Origin: Hydrolagus affinis
Taxonomy: Eukaryota
DNA: 64,000 bases
Assembly (NCBI GenBank): GCA_012026655.1
Contig: JAAILG010001435.1
Span: forward strand, 1 to 64,000
Reading direction: 5' to 3'
The position numbers were made by a program, and so were the translations under genes. This document shows positions 1-64,000 of this stretch, piece by piece. A model generated the notes under the pieces. The model saw nothing but the letters and a program-made list of their open reading frames with translations, had not been told where the DNA came from and did no database searches. Numbering within the stretch: position 1 is the stretch's first letter; the number at the start of each line of letters is the position of its first letter.

Positions 1-143
1 CGAATTTTTCAACCTCCCCTTCGTGTTTCACCCCCGCCCAAACACTCCCCTCCCAGCTCGGGTCACACTCCCCCTGTGCAGCGCCTTGGGACGTCCTCCC
101 GACGTGAAAGGCGCTCTATAAATGTAATTTGTTGTTGTTGTTG
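1..143 (+). mobile_element. L2 LINE 3' end (young), stem-loop plus (GTT)n tail
   Basis: agcgccttgggacgtcctcccgacgtgaaaggcgctctataaatgtaatt(tgt)n; CpGs intact; 65-143 identical to 25471-25549. Confidence 0.8.
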
Positions 144-274
144 ATAACCCTGTGTCTGCTATATAACCCTGTATCTGCTATACAACTGAAGCAATGGTTG
201 GTTTATCACGGAACAAACCATCAAGTGGTCTCAAACATAAGATTTTGGTAGTAATGTGGATTTGGTAGTAACAG

Positions 275-510
275 GCGTTTGTTTACCTAGTAGTAAGTCG
301 GAAACTAGTTGTTAAGTCAATTGGCGGATCGCATTCCAGGGGTGATAATCCCTTCAAAAATGAAGTTTAAAAAAATTTGACCACTCAATCCATGGCTGTT
401 TGTGGGACATTGCTGTGCGTAATTGCTGCCAACTTTTGCCCACAAAGTATACAGTCAATTCTCCTTACATTATATTTTGTGAAGTGCTTTAGACGTCTAA
501 ACAACTTTAT
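275..510 (+). mobile_element. 5'-truncated tRNA-derived SINE (long variant), followed directly by a second copy
   Basis: tgtttacctagtagtaagtcggaaactagttgttaag ... tgtgggacattgctgtgcgtaattgctgcc ... tgtgaagtgctttagacgtct. Confidence 0.75.
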
Positions 511-512
511 CA

Positions 513-834
513 GGTGGAGTCCTGTAGTTCAGTGGTTAGAGCAAATGCCTTACAAGCAAGAGACCTGGGTTTGATTCCCGGCAGGGCAAAACCTTGGGCA
601 AGTTTCCTTATTCCACACTCCTGATACTAATCCCCCCAAAAAATTGGTCATTTCAATCCACGACTGATTATGGGACACTGCTGTGCACAATTTGCTGCCA
701 CATTTTGCCCACAAATATACAGTCAGTTCACTTTACATATATCCTGTGAAGTGCTTGGAAACATCTAGAAGATGTGATAGGGCACTATATCAAATGCAAG
801 GATTATTATTTTATCACATGCAAGGATTATTATT
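513..834 (+). mobile_element. Full-length tRNA-derived SINE (short variant; CmiSINE/SINE2-like: tRNA head, CORE-like, Deu-like, L2-type tail)
   Basis: Pol III A box tagttcagtggttagagc, B box ggtttgattcc, accttgggcaagtt CORE-like motif, (ATT)n tail with a short tail duplication. Confidence 0.88.
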
Positions 835-899
835 AACACAAATTTACATGTAGCTACAAAACATCTTAAAGCACTTCACAGATCATGTGATGCTTGGAT

Positions 900-1130
900 A
901 ATTTTATGCAAAATTAGCAGGAATGTCACACAAACTGGTTCCATAACAACATTTGAAAATTGAAAGAAATATTCTCTGGATGTCCAACCAACTATTACAT
1001 CCATTGAACAGCAATTTGAAATAGCAGACGTGGAACCTCAATTTGGCATCTCATCCAAATGATGTCGCCTCTGACAATACAGCACCTCCCCAGTACTGCA
1101 CTGGAATGGCAGCTTAATCACTGGCTCCAC
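900..1130 (-). mobile_element. Old Deu-domain SINE (SacSINE1-like) fragment
   Basis: catctcatccaaatgatgtcgcctctgacaatacagcacctccccagtactgcactgga resembles the reverse complement of the Deu-SINE body as I recall it. Confidence 0.6.
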
Positions 1131-1919
1131 ACATCCTGACCTGAGGCTGATCAAAGCTATGTTGTGTGCTGTTCCTCTGTTTGAGCTGACCTCCCTGATG
1201 CTGGAGGACTGCTTCTTCTATTAAGGAGTGTCTGATTTTGTGCTCCTCTATACCTCTTCATTGTCTCCTGACCAACAGCTGAGGTCAGCTGATCTAGACT
1301 GTGTAGTTTGAGGATTTGGATTTACACTGGATCTTGGAGGACAGTGGTATCCCGGTAGAATTGTCCAATTTGGAGATGGCAGGGATTATTCCCTGATCTC
1401 CTATTTTGGGGGAAATTGGAGCTACTTTAGGCAAGAATCTGAAGATTTTCCAGTTGAAGTCTCAAAGCTGTCCTATCTGTAAGCACACAGCAATTAACTG
1501 TTAACTTTTGTCTGTTAATAACAACTCATAAACTTAAATGCTTGGTAGAATCTATACTCCATAACATATGTTGTCTTTGGCTTCTTTTAAAAACATTATT
1601 GCAAAAACATTATTGCCTTGTTGTTTCAATTTTTCTGTCAGAAAGCCAAAAGCCATATTGTTGTCGGTGCCAATCACAGGCCATGAACTTCCCATGGTGG
1701 GAAATTAAGCTTTAAGATGTGATTTTTGCCCAATGTACAGGAGGAATGCTGTGTAAAGGTTGTGCTTGAGTTTCTCTCATTGCACAGCTTCCCTCCATTC
1801 ATGGGGCATTCTGGGTTTACCACAGATTCGATGTGGAGATCAATAATTCAGTGGAACGATGAGATCAAACTTGTTTACATACACCTTGGGATGCCTTGAC
1901 CTAAATGTTTTCAAATGAA

Positions 1920-2470
1920 TGATGGGGACAGAGAAGGTAGGATTGAATGCATGTTTTTTCAGTGAAGCCATTAAAAACACCAAATATTTGTTGTTGCTGT
2001 GGGGTATGAAGGATGTGTTTCATTTTACAAGTGAGCAAAAATCTAACAATTTACTTTCAAATATTATCGTGTGTGTGGGTAAGTGAAGATGGTTTAGAGC
2101 TTTAGAAGGATTTGGGGACAAGATGAGTAATGACGGATGGATTTTCATGTGGATAGCACACTGGGTCAAGAAATGTATAATGTGGGTGTATGATAGAGTG
2201 TCCATCAGGAAGGAGATAGGGATTTGAATTTCAATTATTTACTGCCATGTCGGGGTTGAAACTGTTATCAAGAAGGCTAGCCAACTTGTAAGATGCTGAA
2301 ACGTTGACAGACATTAAAAATGTTGGAATTACACAGCAGTTCAATCAGCACATGAAGGTGAAAGATAGATAATGTTTCAGTTTGACTCTTCAGCAAGGAA
2401 TGGATAGACGAGGGGGGGGATATGTAAGACCGAGCAAGGCGATAACAAATGAATGCTGTCACAAAGGTGT
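1920..2470 (-). mobile_element. Highly decayed LINE (probably L2) ORF2 remnant
   Basis: Purine-rich + strand; minus-strand translation gives fragments loosely resembling the L2 C-terminus; many stops. Confidence 0.35.
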
Positions 2471-3287
2471 AGCTAATTTTGGGGACTTTTAAAGGCTGTT
2501 AATAATGAAGGTTTAATTCTTATATCTTTCCATCATAAATGCCAGGAATATTTGGCAATAGTTGATTGTTTTAAAAAAAAGATTTGGGGACTTTTCCAGC
2601 TTTGGGGATGGGTGTGCATTGTAGTTGAGCCATTTGCGTGATAAGCACTGAAATCGCAGACTCACAGATCACTCGTGCACTCTAGGATCATGCAATGTAC
2701 ATAAGTAATTTGCTTCAGGGTATATTCATGGAGCAGAAGTACATTTTGTGGCACCAGAATCACTTGTGTTTGTTGCTTGAGATCTGAGAGTGAACCAGCT
2801 AGGTGGTTATGCTGTGCCACTAAAGACCTTTAATGTCAGTGGTAGAATTTTACACAATTCACTAAATGTAACCACTTTTTTGTAATTTTTTTCCACAATT
2901 TTCTTTTTTTTATGTATGAAAACTTGACCTTGGGAAAAATCCCCAAATACTTGGGTTCCTATTTTGTGGATTATAAATAACTTTAGTGGTCATGTGATAC
3001 CCACAGCCAAAGAGCCCACTGACATCACATGAACATTAAAGTTGTTATAAATGAAGAAACGCCACCTGATACAGGTGTTGTACATAGTGTTCACAAAGTC
3101 CTGTTACCCTCATGTTTATTTTACATACAATGCACTTACCAACAACTGAAACACGTAGCACAATGGTGATAATTATATTTAGTACTGTACTGGATTATAT
3201 TCAGTACAAGTGCTCTACTGTATTTAGACATCCAGAGGATGTGTGTGTAATGTGTGTACAGTTTGTTTGTGTGTGTATGAGAGAGAC

Positions 3288-3563
3288 TCCCATCAGTGGA
3301 CGGGCTTTCAGCCTCTCTGCCTCCACACTCTGGAACTCCATCCCACAGTTCGTTCGCCTCGCTTCCTCCCTTGCCTTCTTTGAGGCCCTTCACAAGATCC
3401 TCCTCTTTGATCATTCCTTCTGTTGCCCTCACAACTCTCTCCCTCCCCTCCTAACTCTCTCCCTCCCTTTCCCCATCCCCTACCCCTCCCCCTTGCTGAC
3501 TGTTCAGCTCTTTGGGACGTCCTCCCGACATGAAAGGCACTCCATAAATGTAATTTTGTTGTT
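3288..3563 (+). mobile_element. L2 LINE 3' fragment
   Basis: Encodes SGRAFSLSASTLWNSIP (L2 ORF2 end), then stem-loop and (GTT)n tail. Confidence 0.85.
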
Positions 3564-4578
3564 CTCGACTGACACAATGCAGAAACCCTTCCCCATGTTT
3601 AGGAATAACCAAACAGAGTTCCACACATCCCACTTGTATATGGAAATTCTTGAGAGATTAATGTGCACTCTCTCGATCGAGGGACGGATCCTGTTCATCT
3701 GGTCTGGAGAGTTTAGGCACAAATTCAATATTTTCAATAACTTAATTATTTTCTCTTTTGTGTTTCCAATTTTTCCTTTCGATTTTCTCCTCTATTTTTG
3801 CCAAAAAAAAGACCTAAAAGTACCAGGGATTTTATTTCACAGATTAAAAAATAAACGCTTCCAATAGCATGCTGTTCCGAGGTCATATGTCACTATTCAA
3901 AAAGAGAATTGAGTTTCTCTAGTTGTTTTGCTAACAATCCTCAAATAAAATAGGTCATTTACTTCAAGATTGTCTGGAATATTGCTGTGTGCAAGTTGGC
4001 TGCCTACAAATTAACCCCAGTACACTTTATACATTAGTACAGTACTTTGAGACATTTTTCTTCAGTTTCTCCCAACCCCCCCACCACCTTTCTCCCCAGG
4101 ACAATGTAGGACTATTGTATGTAGAGTTATTATTTATTATTATTTCAACTTTAATGGCCCTTAAAAATGCCATGGCTGGTTACCATGGTTCCTTATCTAA
4201 GTGGTAGGCAAGAACATGTGCCTTCAGGCTTCTCTGCTGCCTGGTATGAGGTTGACAGAGGATTGTCACTCACTGACATTACCTATCACTACACTGTGGA
4301 ACTAATGTCTGGTATTTTCATGAAACATTAATAGGAAAAAGGTTGTCCTTTTTTTAAAAAAAATTATTTCTTAATGCTTTTATATCCTTGTGTTTGAAGG
4401 ATGAAATTGAAATGCTTTATTTTTCATACGGTGTTTTAGTTATGCTCTTTGAACCTTGTGTATATGCGGAATATTTTTGATTTCAAATGATTTTATCCCT
4501 AAACTTTAAATGGTTGATGTATAGTATTGTTAACACAAAAGCAAGCTTCAAAATGGAAATGCCTTTGTTCTGTTTCAG

Positions 4579-60824
<56,246 letters not shown>

Positions 60825-60943
60825 AGAGACCAGTCGCCCCCATCCCCTCCTTTATATCAACAAAAAGCTGACGTGAAGAGCAGTGTTCAAGTAAAGTGTT
60901 TTTTTTAAAAAAAAGAGAAAACTCTTGACTTTAAATATTATGC

Positions 60944-60949
60944 AATAAA
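60944..60949 (+). terminator. Candidate proximal polyadenylation signal (AATAAA); further AATAAA at 62740, 63542 and 63730
   Basis: Canonical hexamer 120 nt after the stop codon; which site is used cannot be told from sequence. Confidence 0.4.
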
Positions 60950-61874
60950 AATTGTACAGAAGGCAAGAAAGAGGTTGTAACATAATCAGTGGTGAGATTT
61001 TTTTTTAGGGTGTTTTTAAAAAATATATATTATTTAGATTGTTTGCCTCTGTGTGTAGAGCAGATGTGCCTAGTCGGTGCATCACGTCATTCCCTGCTCA
61101 TCGACAGGAAATATCGGTGGTTTTCAGGCTCATTCCTTTTGAAATTCCTCGTCTCCCTTGCACACGTTTTTTTAAAGCCTATTGAAGTGAGCTTCATAAC
61201 TGATCTGTTGCCAGATTCTCGTGCAGACTCTTGTTGAATTGGTTTAGAGTCTTGTCTGGCTATCCAGGTGAGAGTTTTTTTGAGAAAAGCATCTGACACT
61301 GACGAGCATTGATGTGGTGAAATGATTAGCAGGTTTATTCAGCAGCAAGTGAAACATATCGTGCTACTTTTAGATTTCCAAGTCCAAAATAGAGTTGCTG
61401 TTTGTGAGAGGATAATAATGTCTTTCAGCGTAACCTTTCCCAGGCCTCTTTTATTTCAGTATTTTTCTCAGTCAATACGAGCATTCCTCACTGCCATCCA
61501 CAGTAAATCCCGCAAAGCACTTTGAGACCCCTCAAAAGTGCAATAACACATCACAAGCTATTGTTATTGTAATCGAGATGCAGTTCAGAAGTTATCACTA
61601 GTTCCTCCTCCGTCTGGGTGAGAGAAAATGTGATGGAGTAATTTCTAGCGAGGCTCTTCCCACGGGAATAGTTTTAAAAAAAATTTAAGATCCTGGAGTG
61701 AGTTTATGTTCATTCATAATCCTAGCAATGTTCAGGAACTGGGGAAAAGAAACATTGAGGTCCAATGAGCTGGTGCGATCAAACCAAACTTAGCACTATC
61801 CTGACAAATTATTACTAGTATGGTTGAAATCTAATGCAAACACCAGAAAATGCTTTATTAATAGCACATTAATG

Positions 61875-61988
61875 CACATTTGGCCCACAACGTATACAGT
61901 CAATTCACTTTACAGAATCTTCTGCAAAGTGAATCAGAGCCTCAAAGACGTGATAAAGCACTGTATCAAATGCAAGGATTATTATTAG
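61875..61988 (+). mobile_element. SINE tail fragment downstream of the stop codon; further copies at 63190-63350 (+) and 63760-63828 (-)
   Basis: cccacaacgtatacagtcaattcactttacag ... tcaaatgcaaggattattatt. Confidence 0.8.
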
Positions 61989-63827
61989 TTCAAATTGGCT
62001 GAATAATATAGTTTTTCATGTCACCTTTTTTAACTTTGGCCAGATGTCTGTTCACCCTGAGCTGACTTTGCGTCAATAATTACTTTACGGTGGACACTTT
62101 TGATTCCTTCCTGTTTATCCCTACTCGTTCTAAACCGTCAGAAGCAGAATCAGTCTTAGCTCCTTCAAATCTTTTATATCAATACCAACAGAAACAGTTT
62201 GTTTACTTTGATTGGATTCCCAAACGGCATCTAATGATGTTTGTGCTGGGACCAGGACAGTTTCGCCATCCGTTTACCTTTAGCGTTGGTAGTTTTTAAT
62301 TTGATGCAGTTTTCTAACGACAAGCCGACTTGTATTTCTAAATACATTTCACAATTGACGTCATCTTGGTTTTAAACACGGTTACGATTTTGCTGTAACT
62401 TTTAACTAAGGGTGAGAAAAGGTTGGTGACTTTGAAAAAAAAACCTTTTAAAAGCTTAAGGAAAACAGCAGATATGTCACTGATTTTGCCTGTATTAAAG
62501 ACTAGATTGGATTTAGGATTAGGAGAGTAGGAAACACTGGTAGAAGGATTATAAAAGTATCTAAGAACACTGATTCAATTGCATGAATATCAACTGACTA
62601 CAACAATTTGAGTTGTATTTACGGCAACACTACTGTGCGTGTGTGTGTGTTTGTATATCTGTAAATATATATATGCAAATCAAATGTGCATCATAAATTA
62701 TCATGAAATAACTTACCTAGAGAATTTATGACCAGAGTAAATAAACAGAATCTGTGCATCATTACCTGCTCAACTTACTGCTTGACGAAACAATCACAGG
62801 AAAACCCAGGAAGTAATGTTGTTTCAGTATATACCTGCCTGTAATAATCCCTTTAAGTCTTTAATCATGCGTCTCTAATTCAGTCTGGACATTGCTGTAT
62901 AGTGTACTTTAAACGAAACGGAGCAGCAAAAAGCAGCTGTCAGACATCTGTGTGTAAACCGTGGTAAATACAATAGAATTTATATATTCACACTATTTTC
63001 TTATTTCAATCAGGGACAGTTTTATAGGAGCTGTGTATTCTATTTTGACGTGACTTGTACCTTTTTTAACGTTACAAAAAATAATTTCAGAAGACGTTTG
63101 TGGTCCGTGTCTTGCTGTTCTTGATTGAGTAAGTTTTCTGTCTTGTCTATTGCCAGCAAATTCCTTCTTTATACTTTCATGCACAAATCAGTCACTTAAA
63201 GCTTACTATCCAACGCCTTTCTCAATTGGACCTTCAATCCCTCAAATTTCGCTCACAAAATACGGCCAAACCACTTTACAGTATATTCTGTGAAGCGCTT
63301 TGAGACGTCTCAAAGACATGATAAGAGTATCGTATCAAATGCAAGGATCATCAATTCACTGATCCAATCAACAACAGTAGCTGCAAGTTGCTGACATTGA
63401 ACGAGCAGTAAAAGTTAGTGGTTTAAGTCTGAAAAAGTGTCTAGTTCTGTCCTTTTTAATGTTAAGATGCAAACCTTGTGCCAGTTACATATCTCGTTCC
63501 ATAAGAGGCTTTCTTCAATTCCTCAGGCCTTTGACCATGTAAATAAATTATTCGACCTACCACTGTTGAAGCGATGAACCAAAAAAAAACTGCAGCAATA
63601 ACAGTCATTGGCCTACATTGTACAAATTGCTCCACATTCTACATCTTTATCTGGAATCTCAATGCTTCAGAACAATGTGCTTGGGGAACTATAGTCCCCA
63701 AATCTCAGAATACTGCTGTGAAGGTTTGAAATAAACGCTGAGACATCTACACTCTCCAATATAATAATAATAATCCTTCCATTTGATATAGCGCATTATC
63801 ACAATGTTGAAACGTCTCAAAGCGTTT

Positions 63828-64000
63828 ACAACAACAACAAAATGACACCTGTACAGCGCCATCTTTCCTGTTGGGAGAATGACTCAAGGCGCCAGACAAT
63901 CAATGTTTTGGACCCAACCTGGGGATCGATGAAGTTGGGGGAGCAAAGTGGGGTGCAGGGTGACCAAAGGCACGGTCGAAGAGAAGGGTCTTGAGCTGCA
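63828..64000 (-). mobile_element. L2 3' fragment (runs off the window)
   Basis: (AAC)n tail and gggtgaccaaaggcacggtcgaagagaagggtcttgagctg (minus strand L2 ORF2 end). Confidence 0.75.

Noticed and set aside
513-590. tRNA-like sequence, also at 8533, 13832, 15451, 42926 and elsewhere
   Set aside because: SINE heads running into CORE-like sequence; no complete cloverleaf or Pol III terminator, so not tRNA genes.
3112-3867. 251-aa + strand ORF
   Set aside because: Chimera of a (GT)-rich stretch, an L2 3' fragment and AT-rich intron; no coherent protein.

Overview
AT-rich vertebrate genomic DNA, very probably from a holocephalan cartilaginous fish (chimaera/elephant-shark type); this is inferred from the dense tRNA-head CORE/Deu-like SINE family with L2-type tails, chondrichthyan-type CR1 3' ends and Penelope-like palindromic repeats. 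One + strand gene spans the window: USP6NL (RN-tre, TBC-domain Rab GAP). Twelve GT-AG coding exons from 4579 to the stop at 60824 join in consistent phase into 852 codons plus stop; the first ~24 codons probably lie upstream of the window. The introns contain many SINE, L2 and CR1 fragments, a young non-autonomous hAT element, a Tigger-like MITE and Penelope-like elements with decayed hammerhead-ribozyme motifs. The most interesting unexplained signals are (i) a duplicated 62-bp core, far more conserved than its flanks, that reads as an antisense terminal exon, plus a nearby 325-nt antisense exon-like ORF ending in a PDZ-type motif (possible nested antisense gene); (ii) an L2 insertion whose 5' junction appears to record snap-back DNA synthesis; (iii) a candidate 30-nt in-frame micro-exon whose donor is hidden in a stem-loop; and (iv) long perfect or near-perfect hairpins. 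All were read by eye with no database search, and repeat boundaries are approximate.
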